Origin: an uncultured Actinomycetota bacterium
Lineage (GTDB): Bacteria; Actinomycetota; Actinomycetes; Propionibacteriales; Nocardioidaceae
Assembly (NCBI GenBank): GCA_963800245.1
Contig: CAWDAE010000009.1
Location: 57,227 to 121,226 of the forward strand
Length of the DNA stretch: 64,000 nucleotides
Direction: 5' to 3'
Shown: positions 1 through 10,308 of the stretch, in pieces
How positions within the stretch are numbered: position 1 is the first letter of the stretch
Layout of the letters: each line of letters begins with the position of its first letter
Notes under the pieces: generated by a model
Told to the model about the DNA's origin: nothing
What the model saw: only the letters and a program-made list of their open reading frames with translations
The model's database searches: none
Program-made: the position numbers and the translations under genes

Positions 1-713
1 CCGCCGGTCCGGTGCTGGCGGTCGTGGACCCGGCGCCGACCTCCCTGCCCGGTCTGAGGTTCGCGCGCCACGAGGCTGCCGCTGCCGCGGCGCTCGGCCC
101 GGTGACCGACCTGGTGGGCGAGGCCGCCTCGGTCGAGGCGGTGGTCGACGCCCTGCCCTCCGCCGCCGTGCTCCACCTGGCCTGCCATGGCAGGGCCGAC
201 GTGCTGCGACCGCGGGAGAGCGGACTGGTCCTGCGCGACGACCTCCGCCTGACCGTCGACCGTCTCGCCGGGCTCGACCTGGACCACGCGCGACTCGCGT
301 TCCTGTCCGCGTGCGAGACCGGCGTGCCGGGGGCCGAGGCGCCCGACGAGGTGGTCACGCTCGGCTCCGCCTTCTTCGCTGCCGGCGTCGACGGCGTCGT
401 CTCCTCGCTGTGGCAGGTCTCCGACCTGGCCACCCTGCTGCTGGTGGTGTGCTTCTACGCCGAGCCCGCCGCGGCCACGGATCCCGCGCTGGCCCTGGCG
501 GCGGCCCAGCGACGGATGCGCACCAGCACGACCCGCGCGCTGACGGCGTACCTGACCCAGCTGCGCGACGCCGGACGCCTGGACGCCTCGACGTGGCAGG
601 TGCTCGAGCAGGCGCTGAGGCCGCACCCCGCGGAGGCCGTGCCCTACGCGCACCCGGACGCGTGGGCCGGGTTCGTGTTCTCCGGGAGCTCTCGCGCACG
701 CACGTCCCCGTAG
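1..713 (+). CDS. CHAT domain-containing protein, C-terminal fragment (N-terminus upstream of window)
   Basis: The frame of track ORF 12..713 stays open to the window edge. Caspase-like His/Cys dyad contexts VLHLACHG and AFLSACETG are present. Stop TAG at 711-713. Confidence 0.6.
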   Translation, partial: AGPVLAVVDPAPTSLPGLRFARHEAAAAAALGPVTDLVGEAASVEAVVDALPSAAVLHLACHGRADVLRPRESGLVLRDDLRLTVDRLAGLDLDHARLAFLSACETGVPGAEAPDEVVTLGSAFFAAGVDGVVSSLWQVSDLATLLLVVCFYAEPAAATDPALALAAAQRRMRTSTTRALTAYLTQLRDAGRLDASTWQVLEQALRPHPAEAVPYAHPDAWAGFVFSGSSRARTSP

Positions 714-722
714 GATCGTCCG

Positions 723-2132
723 GTGATCAGGCTCCACGACTCCGTCTCCCGCGAGGTCCGCGACTTCGTGCCGCTGCGCGAGGGCCGCGTGGGGATCTAC
801 GTCTGCGGGCTGACCGTGCAGAGCGAGCCCCACGTCGGCCACGTCCGCTCGGCGGTCAACTTCGACGTGCTGCGCCGGTGGCTGACCCACCGCGGGCTCG
901 AGGTCACCTTCATCCGCAACGTCACCGACATCGACGACAAGATCCTGGTGAAGTCCGCCGAGCAGGGGCGGCCCTGGTACAACCTCGCCTACGCCATGCA
1001 GCGCGAGCTGACCGCGGCCTACGACGCGCTCAACCTGCTCCCGCCGACCTACGAGCCGCTGGCGACCGGCCACGTCCCGGAGATGCTCGAGCTGATCGAG
1101 CGGCTGGTCGAGCGCGGTCACGCCTACCCCGCCGGCGACTGGTCGGGCGACGTCTACTTCGACGTCCGGTCCTGGCCGGCCTACGGCGAGGTGTCGGGCC
1201 AGCGCCTGGACGACATGAGCCCCGCCGAGGACGCCGACCCCCGTGGCAAGCGGGACCCGCGGGACTTCGCGCTGTGGAAGGGCCGCAAGGACGGCGAGCC
1301 GGAGTCCGCCTCCTGGCCCTCGCCGTGGGGGCGTGGTCGTCCCGGCTGGCACATCGAGTGCTCGGCGATGGCCTCGAAGTACCTCGGGGAGTCCTTCGAC
1401 ATCCACGGCGGCGGCCTCGACCTGCGCTTCCCGCACCACGAGAACGAGCAGGCCCAGTCGCGTGCCGCCGGGCTCGGCTTCGCGCAGACCTGGATGCACA
1501 ACGCGTGGATCACCACGGCCGGCGAGAAGATGAGCAAGTCGCTGGGCAACAGCCTGCTGGTGCCCGCGGTGCTGCAGCGGGTCCGTGCGATCGAGCTGCG
1601 CTACTACATGGTCTCGGCGCACTACCGCTCCCACGTGGAGTTCTCCTTCGAGGCGCTGGACGAGGCCGCGGCCGGCTTCCAGCGCATCGAGCACTTCTTG
1701 TCGCGTTCACAAGAGGTGCTCGGCGAGGTGCCCCTCGGCGTCGCCTGCGCCGACTTCGAGGCGGCCATGGACGACGACCTCGGCACCCCCGCCGCCTTCG
1801 CCGCGATCTTCGAGGTCGTGCGCGAGGGCAACAAGGCGCTGGCCTCCGGCGACCACGGCACCCTGCGCGGCGCCGCGGGATCGGTCCGCGGCATGCTCGC
1901 CGTGCTGGGCCTGGACCCGCAGGACCCCGCCTGGAGCCGAGGCGCCGGGGACGGCGAGGAGGAGCAGCTCCGCGCGGCGGTCGACTCGCTCCTCGACCAT
2001 CTTTTGTCCCAACGACAAGAAGCGCGCGCGGCCAAGGACTTCGCCACCGCCGACGCCATCCGCGACCAGATCAAGGCGGCCGGCATCGAGATCGAGGACG
2101 GGCCGCAGGGCTCGACCTGGTCGCTGCGCTGA
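723..2132 (+). CDS. cysS: cysteine--tRNA ligase
   Basis: 469-aa ORF with a GTG start. Class I aaRS signatures HVGH (HIGH-type) and KMSKS are present, plus [19 protein letters not shown]. Confidence 0.95.
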   Translation: MIRLHDSVSREVRDFVPLREGRVGIYVCGLTVQSEPHVGHVRSAVNFDVLRRWLTHRGLEVTFIRNVTDIDDKILVKSAEQGRPWYNLAYAMQRELTAAYDALNLLPPTYEPLATGHVPEMLELIERLVERGHAYPAGDWSGDVYFDVRSWPAYGEVSGQRLDDMSPAEDADPRGKRDPRDFALWKGRKDGEPESASWPSPWGRGRPGWHIECSAMASKYLGESFDIHGGGLDLRFPHHENEQAQSRAAGLGFAQTWMHNAWITTAGEKMSKSLGNSLLVPAVLQRVRAIELRYYMVSAHYRSHVEFSFEALDEAAAGFQRIEHFLSRSQEVLGEVPLGVACADFEAAMDDDLGTPAAFAAIFEVVREGNKALASGDHGTLRGAAGSVRGMLAVLGLDPQDPAWSRGAGDGEEEQLRAAVDSLLDHLLSQRQEARAAKDFATADAIRDQIKAAGIEIEDGPQGSTWSLR

Positions 2133-2164
2133 CCCCGCCCCCTCTCACGAACAGGACACCCACC

Positions 2165-3112
2165 ATGGCCGGCAACTCCTCTCGACGCGGCGCCGTCCGC
2201 AAGCGGGCCGGCGGCAACCCCACCGCGGGTTCCGGCGGCCGCGTCCGCCGCGGCCTCGAGGGCAAGGGCCCGACCCCCAAGGCCGCCGAGCGCGAGAACC
2301 ACAAGGCCTACAAGGCCAAGAAGCGCGCCGAGGCCGAGCAGTCCAAGGGCCGACCACGACGCCCCAAGCAGTCCGACGGCGACTGGGTGGCGGGCCGCAA
2401 CTCCGTCGTCGAGGCGCTGCGGGCCGGGGTCCCGGTCACCACGGTCTACGTCGCCGAGGGGGCCGAGCGCGACGGCCGGCTGCGCGAGGCGTTCCGCATC
2501 GTCGCCGAGCGGGGCATCGCGCTGCTCGAGGTGACCAAGAACGAGCTCGACCGGCTCACCGACCGCGCGGTGCACCAGGGCCTTGCCGCCAAGGTGCCGC
2601 CCTACACCTACGCCCACCACACCGACCTGCTCGACCGCGCCGCCGAGGCCGGGGAGCCCCCGCTGATCGTCGCGCTGGACTCCGTGACGGACCCGCGCAA
2701 CCTCGGCGCCGTCGTACGCTCCGCCTCCGGGTTCGGCGCGCACGGCGTGCTCGTGCCCGAGCGGCGGGCCGCCGGCATGACCGCCTCGGCGTGGAAGACC
2801 TCCGCCGGCGCCGCCGCCCGCATCCCCGTGGCGCAGGCGACCAACCTCGTGCGCGCCCTCAAGGACCTGCAGGAGGCGGGCTGCATGGTCGTCGGCCTCG
2901 CCGCCGACGGCGAGGTCTCCCTGCCCGACCTCGACCTCGCCGACGGCCCGCTGGTGCTGGTCGTCGGCTCCGAGGGCGACGGGCTCGGCCGCCTCGTGGC
3001 GCAGACCTGCGACCAGCTGGTCTCGATCCCGATGACCAACCAGCTGGAGTCGCTCAACGCCGGTGTCGCCGCCGGGGTCGCGCTCTACGAGATCGCCCGC
3101 CGCCGCGCCTGA
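2165..3112 (+). CDS. rlmB: 23S rRNA (guanosine-2'-O)-methyltransferase, SpoU/TrmH family (RlmB-like)
   Basis: ATG at 2165 lies inside the artefactual long ORF 311..3112. A Lys/Arg/Ala-rich N-tail is followed by SpoU motifs [26 protein letters not shown] and [22 protein letters not shown]. It sits directly after cysS, as is usual. Confidence 0.85.
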   Translation: MAGNSSRRGAVRKRAGGNPTAGSGGRVRRGLEGKGPTPKAAERENHKAYKAKKRAEAEQSKGRPRRPKQSDGDWVAGRNSVVEALRAGVPVTTVYVAEGAERDGRLREAFRIVAERGIALLEVTKNELDRLTDRAVHQGLAAKVPPYTYAHHTDLLDRAAEAGEPPLIVALDSVTDPRNLGAVVRSASGFGAHGVLVPERRAAGMTASAWKTSAGAAARIPVAQATNLVRALKDLQEAGCMVVGLAADGEVSLPDLDLADGPLVLVVGSEGDGLGRLVAQTCDQLVSIPMTNQLESLNAGVAAGVALYEIARRRA

Positions 3113-3222
3113 GGGTCGCCGGGCGTGGCGCAGTCCACTGGCCCGCGGCTGGGCCGGGCGCGTCCGACCTGCGAGAATGACCCGGTCCCCATGCCGGTCA
3201 GTAGCCCAGCCGAGGTGTGCCC

Positions 3223-4368
3223 ATGAAGCGATCGATCTACGAGTCCGACCACGAGGACTTCCGCAGCTCCGTCCGCGAGTTCCTCGCCCGCGAGGTCGAG
3301 CCCCACCTCGAGGAGCACATCGAGAACAAGCAGTTCGGCCGCGACTTCTGGCTCAAGGCAGGCGAGGCGGGCCTCCTGGGCCTCGAGGTCCCCGAGGAGT
3401 TCGGCGGCTTCCAGGCCAACGACTACCGCTTCAACGCCGTGCTCATGGAGGAGCTCTCCCACGTCAACGCGGCGCTGTCGTCCTGCGTGGGCATCCACGC
3501 CGACATCGTGGCGCCGTACCTCGTCGAGCTGACCACCGACGAGCAGAAGAAGCGCTGGCTCCCGGGCGTCGCCAGCGGCGAGAACCTCTGCGCGATCGGC
3601 ATGACCGAGCCCTCCGGCGGCTCCGACCTCGCCGCCCTCAAGACCACCGCGGTCCGCGACGGCGACGACTGGGTGATCAACGGGTCCAAGACCTTCATCA
3701 CCAACGGCTACTCCGCCGACCTGGTCGTCGTGGCCGCCCGCACCTCCCCGGAGAAGAAGGCCCGCGGCATCACGCTGTTCGGCGTCGAGACGACCAAGGA
3801 GGGCTACAGCCGCGGTCGCAAGCTCGACAAGGTCGGGCAGCCCGAGTCCGACACCGCGGAGCTGTTCTTCGAGAACGTCCGCTGCACCGACGACGACATC
3901 ATCGGCGAGCTCGACCAGGGCTTCATCCACATGATGCAGAACCTCCCGCAGGAGCGGCTGGGCTGCGCGATCTCCAACCTGGCGCACGCCAAGCAGATCC
4001 TGATCGAGACGCTGGAGTACTCCAAGGAGCGCAAGGCGTTCGGCCAGGGCATCGGCTCGTTCCAGCACCTGAAGTTCCTGATCGCCGAGATGTTCACCCA
4101 GATCGACGTCACGCAGGCCTACATCGACCAGTGCGTGATCTCGCACTCCAAGCGCGAGCTCACCCCCACCGACGCCGCCAAGGCCAAGTGGTGGACCTCC
4201 CAGATCCAGAACGAGATCCTCGACCACTGCGTCCAGATCCACGGCGGCTACGGCTTCATGAACGAGTACCGCGTGGCCCGTGCCTGGAAGGACGCCCGCG
4301 TCTCGAAGATCTGGGCCGGCTCGAACGAGATCATGAAGGAGCTCATCGGCCGCGACCTCGGCCTCTGA
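3223..4368 (+). CDS. acyl-CoA dehydrogenase
   Basis: ATG 3223 follows GAGG (the track starts at GTG 3217). Motifs: CAIGMTEPSGGSDL, QIHGGYGFMNEY, IWAGSNEIMKELIGR. Confidence 0.9.
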   Translation: MKRSIYESDHEDFRSSVREFLAREVEPHLEEHIENKQFGRDFWLKAGEAGLLGLEVPEEFGGFQANDYRFNAVLMEELSHVNAALSSCVGIHADIVAPYLVELTTDEQKKRWLPGVASGENLCAIGMTEPSGGSDLAALKTTAVRDGDDWVINGSKTFITNGYSADLVVVAARTSPEKKARGITLFGVETTKEGYSRGRKLDKVGQPESDTAELFFENVRCTDDDIIGELDQGFIHMMQNLPQERLGCAISNLAHAKQILIETLEYSKERKAFGQGIGSFQHLKFLIAEMFTQIDVTQAYIDQCVISHSKRELTPTDAAKAKWWTSQIQNEILDHCVQIHGGYGFMNEYRVARAWKDARVSKIWAGSNEIMKELIGRDLGL

Positions 4369-4390
4369 TCGGGTTCGCTCGGTTTCCCAC

Positions 4391-4595
4391 GGTCCCATGG
4401 GACCTTGCTGCTCCCCACAGGTTGCAACCTGTGGGGAGCAGCAGTTTCGTGGGGGGAGTACGACGGTCAGTGACGCGACTGCCGCGACGCCCGACCGCCG
4501 GCGAGCCGCTGGCCGGCGTACTCCCCGAGCGAAGTTGGCACTTCCCGAGCGTTGCAACGCTCGGGAAGCGCCAACTTCACTGGGGCCCCAGTGAA
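4391..4595. repeat. cluster of four palindromes in the ACAD/malic-enzyme intergenic region
   Basis: Checked base by base. The four are 4391-4404 (14 bp perfect), 4406-4443 (38 bp perfect), 4531-4578 (48 bp, one mismatched pair) and 4576-4595 (20 bp perfect). The two long ones are both centred on GTTGCAAC. Confidence 0.9.
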
Positions 4596-4660
4596 ACTGC
4601 GAGCCCCGCCCAAACCGGCGCGTACTCGCGCGTACGCCGCTCGCTTGGCAGGGTGGGGGC

Positions 4661-6379
4661 ATGCCGGAGCGCGACTACGAGCAGGACACGACCATCGGCG
4701 CGGGCACGCTGCGCATCCGATCCCGCGGGCGGGCGGTGCTGTCGAACCCGATGACGAACAAGGGCACGGCGTTCACCTACGCCGAGCGTGAGGCGCTCGA
4801 GCTGGACGGTCTCATCCCCACGGGGATCACGACGCTGGAGAACCAGACCCGCCGCGTCTACGAGCAGTTCCGCAGCACCGGCACGATGCTCGGCAAGTAC
4901 CTCACCCTCAACGCGCTGCGCGACCGCAACGAGGTGCTCTTCTACCACCTGCTGACCGGTCACCTCGAGGAGATGCTGCCGGTCATCTACACCCCCACCA
5001 TCGGCGAGGCGATCGAGCGCTTCAGCCACACCTACAACCGCCCGCGCGGGGTGTTCCTCTCCATCGACCACCCCGAGCTCGTCGAGCGGTCGCTGAGCAA
5101 CTACGGACTCGGGCCCGAGGACGTCGACCTGATCTGCGTGACCGACTCCGAGGGCATCCTCGGCATCGGCGACCAGGGCATCGGCGGCATCCAGATCGCG
5201 ATCGGCAAGCTCAGCGTCTACACCGCCGCGGCCGGCATCCACCCGCGCCGGGTGATCCCGGTCGTGCTCGACGTGGGCACCGACAACCTCGGTCTGCTCA
5301 GCAGCGAGATGTACCTCGGCGAGCGCCACTCCCGCGTCCGCGGGGAGAAGTACGACGAGTTCGTCGAGCTGTTCGTCCGCACGGTCGAGAAGCGGTTCCC
5401 CCGCGCGATGATCCACTGGGAGGACGTCGGCACCGGCAACGCCCACCGGATCCTGTCGCGCTACCGCGACGAGGTGTGCACCTTCAACGACGACATCCAG
5501 GGCACGGCGGCGGTCGTGCTGGCGGCGCTGCTGGCCGCGGTCGACGTGACCGGCGTCGACCTCGACGAGCACCGCATCGTCGTCTTCGGGGCGGGCAGCG
5601 CCGGCATCGGCATCGCCAACCTGATCCGCGACACGATGCTGCGCACGGGCGTCTCGGAGACCGAGGCGGAGGCCTACGCCCGCTTCTGGGCGATCGGCCT
5701 GCAGGGGCTGTACGTCGAGGACGACGAGACCCTGCTCGACTTCCAGAAGCCCTATGCCCGGCGTCGGGACGAGGTGGAGGACTGGGAGCTGCAGAAGTCC
5801 GGGCACATCGGCCTCGTGGACGTGGTCAGGCACGTGAAGCCGACCATCCTGATCGGCACCTCGACCAAGGGGGGCGCGTTCAGCAGGGAGGTGGTGGAGG
5901 AGATGCACCGCCACTGCGCCCGGCCGATCATCTTCCCGCTGTCCAACCCGACCAGCCGCGCGGAGGCGACCCCGGCCGACCTGCTGGAGTGGACCGACGG
6001 CGCCGCGCTGGTCGCGACCGGCAGCCCCTTCGGGCCGGTCGACCACGGCGGGGTGCGGCACACGATCGCCCAGTCCAACAACGCCCTGATCTTCCCGGGG
6101 CTGGGCCTCGGGGTCGCGGCCTGCCGGGCACGGGTGATCACCGAGGGCATGATCGCGGCCGCGAGCCAGGCGCTCGCCGGGCTGGTCAACGCCTGGCGGC
6201 CGGGCGCTCCGCTGCTGCCGGGGATCGGCGAGCTGCGGCTGGTCTCGGCGACGGTCGCGATCGCGGTCGCGCAGCAGGCCGCCCGGGAGGGCGTCGCCCG
6301 CGAGCCGCTGACCGACCCGATCCAGCAGGTCTACGAGCGCATGTGGCAGCCCCGCTACCCGGAGATCGAGGCGATCTGA
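4661..6379 (+). CDS. NAD(P)-dependent malic enzyme
   Basis: 572 aa. Motifs: NKGTAFTYAEREAL, YTPTIGEA, VTDSEGILGIGDQG, FNDDIQGTAAV, VVFGAGSAGIGIA. Confidence 0.9.
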   Translation: MPERDYEQDTTIGAGTLRIRSRGRAVLSNPMTNKGTAFTYAEREALELDGLIPTGITTLENQTRRVYEQFRSTGTMLGKYLTLNALRDRNEVLFYHLLTGHLEEMLPVIYTPTIGEAIERFSHTYNRPRGVFLSIDHPELVERSLSNYGLGPEDVDLICVTDSEGILGIGDQGIGGIQIAIGKLSVYTAAAGIHPRRVIPVVLDVGTDNLGLLSSEMYLGERHSRVRGEKYDEFVELFVRTVEKRFPRAMIHWEDVGTGNAHRILSRYRDEVCTFNDDIQGTAAVVLAALLAAVDVTGVDLDEHRIVVFGAGSAGIGIANLIRDTMLRTGVSETEAEAYARFWAIGLQGLYVEDDETLLDFQKPYARRRDEVEDWELQKSGHIGLVDVVRHVKPTILIGTSTKGGAFSREVVEEMHRHCARPIIFPLSNPTSRAEATPADLLEWTDGAALVATGSPFGPVDHGGVRHTIAQSNNALIFPGLGLGVAACRARVITEGMIAAASQALAGLVNAWRPGAPLLPGIGELRLVSATVAIAVAQQAAREGVAREPLTDPIQQVYERMWQPRYPEIEAI

Positions 6380-7203
6380 TGACCTTCTCCATCGCCGCCC
6401 GCGACGGCGACTTCCTCGGCGTCGCCGTGGCCAGCAAGTTCCTCGCGGTCGGCAGCGTGGTCCCGGGCGTGCGCCGCGGGGTCGGCGCGGTCGCGACCCA
6501 GTCGTTCGCGCGGGTCGGCTACCTCGAGGAGCTGCTCGACGCGCTCGAGTCCGGCCAGGACCCGCAGGCGGCGCTGGACGAGGCGACCGGCCGCGACGAG
6601 GGCCGGACGCTGCGCCAGGTCGGCGTGGTCGGCCGGGCCGGCGCGGCGACGTACACCGGCGAGGACTGCTACGACTGGGCCGGCGGGCGCACCGGTGGCG
6701 AGGCGGACGGCGCCTACGCCGTGCAGGGCAACATCCTCACCGGCGAGGACGTGGTCGCGGCGATGGAGCGGGCCTGGCTGGAGTCTGCCGGGCAGCCGAT
6801 GCAGCGGCGCCTGGTCGCCGCGCTGCTCGCCGGCGACGCCGCGGGCGGGGACAGCCGCGGACGGCAGAGTGCCGCGCTGGTCGTGGTCGGCCCGTACGGC
6901 GGCTACGACCCGGAGGCGGGCACGGTCGCGGACCTGCGGGTCGACGACCATCCGGACGCGCCGCGGGAGCTGGCGCGGATCAGCGACCTGCACGAGCTCT
7001 ACTTCGGCCGCCCCGAGGACGTGCAGCCGCTGACCGGCGAGCTGCGCGAGGAGGTGGGCCGGCTGCTCGCAGAGCTCGGCCACACCGGGCCCGAGGCCCT
7101 GGAGACCTGGATGGGCGGCGCCAACCTCGAGACCCGCGCGACGCCCGACGGGATCGACGCACGCGTGCTCGAGGAGCTGCGGCGCGAGGCGGCCTCAGGC
7201 TGA
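6379..7203 (+). CDS. DUF1028 family (Ntn-hydrolase-like) protein
   Basis: Its ATG overlaps the malic-enzyme TGA by 1 nt (cTGATG). The N-terminus MTFSIAARDGDFLGVAVASKFLAVGSVVP...GAVATQSFA is typical of DUF1028. Confidence 0.75.
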   Translation: MTFSIAARDGDFLGVAVASKFLAVGSVVPGVRRGVGAVATQSFARVGYLEELLDALESGQDPQAALDEATGRDEGRTLRQVGVVGRAGAATYTGEDCYDWAGGRTGGEADGAYAVQGNILTGEDVVAAMERAWLESAGQPMQRRLVAALLAGDAAGGDSRGRQSAALVVVGPYGGYDPEAGTVADLRVDDHPDAPRELARISDLHELYFGRPEDVQPLTGELREEVGRLLAELGHTGPEALETWMGGANLETRATPDGIDARVLEELRREAASG

Positions 7204-7809
7204 CCGACGGTCCAGGGGGTCGCGCACCGCGAGCGCCAGCACGGCGAGCGCGACGAGCACGAATCCCAGCCACCGCCACAGGGCGGCCTCGTACGGCGGT
7301 CCCCACGGCTGCGGGTCGACCATCGCCCAGGCCCGGGGGAGCGCGCGGGTGAGCAGCGCGACGAGGAGCACCCCCACCACCGCGGGGTACGCCGGCAGGT
7401 GCGTCCCCCGCCAGGCCCGCAGCCCCGCGACCACCGCGAGGGCGGCCACGAGGTGTCCGACGGACTCGGCCAGCAGCCCCCACCCCGGCAAGGGCGGGAA
7501 CCGCAGCCGGGCCACGAGGAAGCCGGTCGCCAGCACCGGCAGCACCCAGCCGAGGGTCGCGAGCGCCCGGGCGGCGGTCCAGGTGGAGCGGGGGACCGGT
7601 GCCGCGGTGGTGACGTCACCGGTCGGGTCGTCGAAGGACAGGGCCAACGCCAGCGCGGCGAGCACCACGACCAGGTGGACCACGCTGGTGGCGAGCCCGC
7701 CGTCCTGCCACGGGACGGTCGCCGCGACGAGGACCGCCGCGGCCACGAGGAGCAGGCCCGCGTGGCCGCGGCGGAAGGCGAGCCGCGCGGCCGTGAGGAG
7801 CGGCGTCAC
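7195..7809 (-). CDS. integral membrane protein, last gene of the ECF-sigma/ABC operon
   Basis: GTG at 7809 forms a GTGA overlap with the upstream stop. The 204-aa product has several hydrophobic spans. Confidence 0.55.
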   Translation of the reverse strand: MTPLLTAARLAFRRGHAGLLLVAAAVLVAATVPWQDGGLATSVVHLVVVLAALALALSFDDPTGDVTTAAPVPRSTWTAARALATLGWVLPVLATGFLVARLRFPPLPGWGLLAESVGHLVAALAVVAGLRAWRGTHLPAYPAVVGVLLVALLTRALPRAWAMVDPQPWGPPYEAALWRWLGFVLVALAVLALAVRDPLDRRSA

Positions 7810-8618
7810 GGCAGCTGGAGGGCGGCGGCGAGCGCGGTGAGGGCGAGCGCGGCGACCCCGGACGCGACGACCGCGCGGGACCGGACCGAGCGCACGATCG
7901 CGGTGCAGGCGGCGAGGCCGCACAGCCCGATGACGTAGGCCAGGTGCCACCAGTGCGACCCGGCGATGAAGCCGTGCCACAGCTGGCCGTCGGTGATCCC
8001 CCACTCCGCCCAGAACACCGCCGGCCCGAACAACGACGCCTCGGAGTCGCTGCCCAGGGCGATGTGCGCGCCGACCACCAGCACCACGGTGAGCGCTGGT
8101 GCGACGGCCACCGGCGCCCACACCGCGACCATCACCCCGAGCAGCGTCGCGCCGACGACCGTCAGGGGCGCCTGCAGCAGCTGGGGGACCGTCGGGGACT
8201 GGGCGAACAGGCCCTGCGCCAGGAGCACGCCGGCCAGCGCGAGGTTGAGCACCAGGGCGACGGCACCGGGGGCCAGCGAGGCGAGGCACAGGGCGCGCAC
8301 CCGCTCCGGCTCCTGCGAGGGCAGCGACCCCAGCACGTCCGTGGTCCCGGCGCGGTGCTCGCGGGTGGCGACCAGGTAACCGACCAGGATCATCAGCACC
8401 CCCGGCATCCAGCTCAGCGCCGACCCGACGGACTCGAAGACGTCGAGCGGGCGTGGCGGCGCGCCCCACCACAGCGTGCTGGTCGTCAGCGCCCAGAGGC
8501 CGAAGCCGCCCAGCGTCACCGGGTGCAGCAGGAGGCGCACCGCCTCGGCCCGCGCCAGCACCGGGACGACCCGCACCGGCCGCGCCGGCCGCGCCGGCGT
8601 CACCGCGAGGGCGGTCAC
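7806..8618 (-). CDS. ABC-2-type transporter permease-like membrane protein
   Basis: GTG at 8618 overlaps the ATPase stop (GTGA). The 270-aa product is multi-pass hydrophobic. Confidence 0.6.
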   Translation of the reverse strand: MTALAVTPARPARPVRVVPVLARAEAVRLLLHPVTLGGFGLWALTTSTLWWGAPPRPLDVFESVGSALSWMPGVLMILVGYLVATREHRAGTTDVLGSLPSQEPERVRALCLASLAPGAVALVLNLALAGVLLAQGLFAQSPTVPQLLQAPLTVVGATLLGVMVAVWAPVAVAPALTVVLVVGAHIALGSDSEASLFGPAVFWAEWGITDGQLWHGFIAGSHWWHLAYVIGLCGLAACTAIVRSVRSRAVVASGVAALALTALAAALQLP

Positions 8619-9478
8619 GCCGCACTCTCCCGGGTCGCCTCGGGGCCGAGCAGCAGGAGGTAGGCGTCCTCGATCGCCGGGGCGACCAGCTCCGCACCGG
8701 CGGGCGGGTCGCCCACGTGGTGGAACACCCCACCGGAGAGCCGCCACGCCGCCTGGGCCCGCGGGTCGCGGCGGTCGTCGAGCCAGACCCGGCCCTCGGC
8801 GAGGGCGGTGAGCTCCTCGACGGTGCCGTCGAACAGCGACCGGCCGCGATGGACCGCGACGACGTGCGAGCACACCGCCGCCACGTCCTCGGTCTGGTGG
8901 GTCGAGAGCACGACGGTCCGCCCGTGCCCGGCCTCGGCGACGAGGTCGCGGAAGCGGATGCGCTGCTCCGGGTCGAGCCCGACGGTGGGCTCGTCGAGCA
9001 CCAGCAGGTCCGGGGTGCCCAGCAGGGCCTGCGCGAGCCCGAGCCGCCGCTTCATGCCGCCGGAGAGGGTGCGCACCTTGCTGGTCGCGACGTCGGAGAG
9101 GCCGACCAGGCCGAGCACCCGGCGTACCTCGTCGTGGCGGGCACGCGACCGCGTGTGCTCCTTGAGGACCGCCACGTAGTCGACCGCCTCGAACACCGTG
9201 AACCCCGGGTGGAAGCCCGCGTCCTGGGGGAGGTAGCCGAGCCTGCGGCGGACCGCCAGCCTGCCTGCGTCGGTGGTCGGGTCCTGCCCGAGGACGCGCA
9301 GGTGGCCCTCGTCGTGCGGGGTGACGGTCGCCAGCACCCGCAGCAGGGTCGTCTTGCCGGCGCCGTTGGGCCCGAGCAGCCCGGTGACGCCGGGCCGCGT
9401 GACGAGGTCGAGCCCGTCGAGCGCGCGGAAGCGGCCGAAGCGGCGCACCAGGCCGTGCGCCTCGATGGTGGTGGTCAC
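8615..9478 (-). CDS. ABC transporter ATP-binding protein
   Basis: GTG 9478 is preceded by AGGAGGAA. Walker A GPNGAGKTT, signature LSGGMKRR, Walker B LLVLDEPT. Confidence 0.9.
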   Translation of the reverse strand: MTTTIEAHGLVRRFGRFRALDGLDLVTRPGVTGLLGPNGAGKTTLLRVLATVTPHDEGHLRVLGQDPTTDAGRLAVRRRLGYLPQDAGFHPGFTVFEAVDYVAVLKEHTRSRARHDEVRRVLGLVGLSDVATSKVRTLSGGMKRRLGLAQALLGTPDLLVLDEPTVGLDPEQRIRFRDLVAEAGHGRTVVLSTHQTEDVAAVCSHVVAVHRGRSLFDGTVEELTALAEGRVWLDDRRDPRAQAAWRLSGGVFHHVGDPPAGAELVAPAIEDAYLLLLGPEATRESAA

Positions 9479-10308
9479 GGGTTCCTCCTGGGGGGAGCCA
9501 CCGGCGCGTGCCGGTGGAGGACGAGGGGTACGGCGGCCGCGGCGAGCGCGACCAGGGCCACGAGCTGCACCAGGCCGGTGTGCTGGGCGACGAGCGACCC
9601 GTGCGGGGACGAGGCCCACGAGGTGGCGACCATCCAGGCGACGGACAGGCCGGTCGCGACGAGGACCGGCTGCACGTGCCGGGCCGCGGCGAGGACGACG
9701 GCGCACATCGCCAGGGCCGGCACCATCCAGGCGACCGCGAAGAACCGGTCGCCGGGGACCAGCGGCGTGACCAGCGCGGCCGGCACCATCGACGTGGCGA
9801 CGACGAAGGTGGTGCGGGCGGCGAGCAGCCGCAGCAGGGAGTAGGGCGAGGCGGTCACGACCTCGAGCATCGGGTCAGTCCGGTCGCCGAAGCAGAGCGC
9901 GACCCCGAGGACGGGCAGGACCGGTGCGAGGGCGACGAACGCGCGGGCGCTCCCGTGCTCGGCCACCGAGGCGGCCACCGCGAGGACGAGGACGCCCAGT
10001 GCGGCGACCAGCCACGCCCCGCGCAGGGCGGGGGTGGCGGCGACCAGCCGGGCGGTGCCGTGGCTGACGCCGAGGCGGCGCAGCACCCTCTCCACGGCGC
10101 CGACGCGCGGCGCCTCGACGTGCTCGAGGACGGCGTCCCAGACGGCCTCCACCCGGGCGGCGTCCGCCGGGACGAGGGTGCGGCACGCCGCGCACGAGGT
10201 CAGGTGCTGCTCCGCCGAGGCGGCGAAGGCGTCACCGCCCCGGCCGGCGGCGTACTGCTGCGCCTGCTCGGCGTCGAGGTGCCAGGTGCTCGGGACATCG
10301 GTGGTCAT
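9475..10308 (-). CDS. anti-sigma factor (zf-HC2 type) with multi-pass membrane domain
   Basis: ATG 10308 forms an ATGA overlap with the sigma-factor stop. The HLTSCAACRTL motif (H-x3-C-x2-C) is followed by hydrophobic spans. Confidence 0.75.
   Translation of the reverse strand: MTTDVPSTWHLDAEQAQQYAAGRGGDAFAASAEQHLTSCAACRTLVPADAARVEAVWDAVLEHVEAPRVGAVERVLRRLGVSHGTARLVAATPALRGAWLVAALGVLVLAVAASVAEHGSARAFVALAPVLPVLGVALCFGDRTDPMLEVVTASPYSLLRLLAARTTFVVATSMVPAALVTPLVPGDRFFAVAWMVPALAMCAVVLAAARHVQPVLVATGLSVAWMVATSWASSPHGSLVAQHTGLVQLVALVALAAAAVPLVLHRHAPVAPPRRNP

Noticed and set aside
311-3112. 933-aa track ORF spanning the CHAT gene end, cysS and rlmB
   Set aside because: It is a high-GC open-frame artefact. 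Only its last 315 codons (from ATG 2165) look protein-like (RlmB). The upstream part is Arg/Pro/Gly-rich and overlaps the clear cysS frame.
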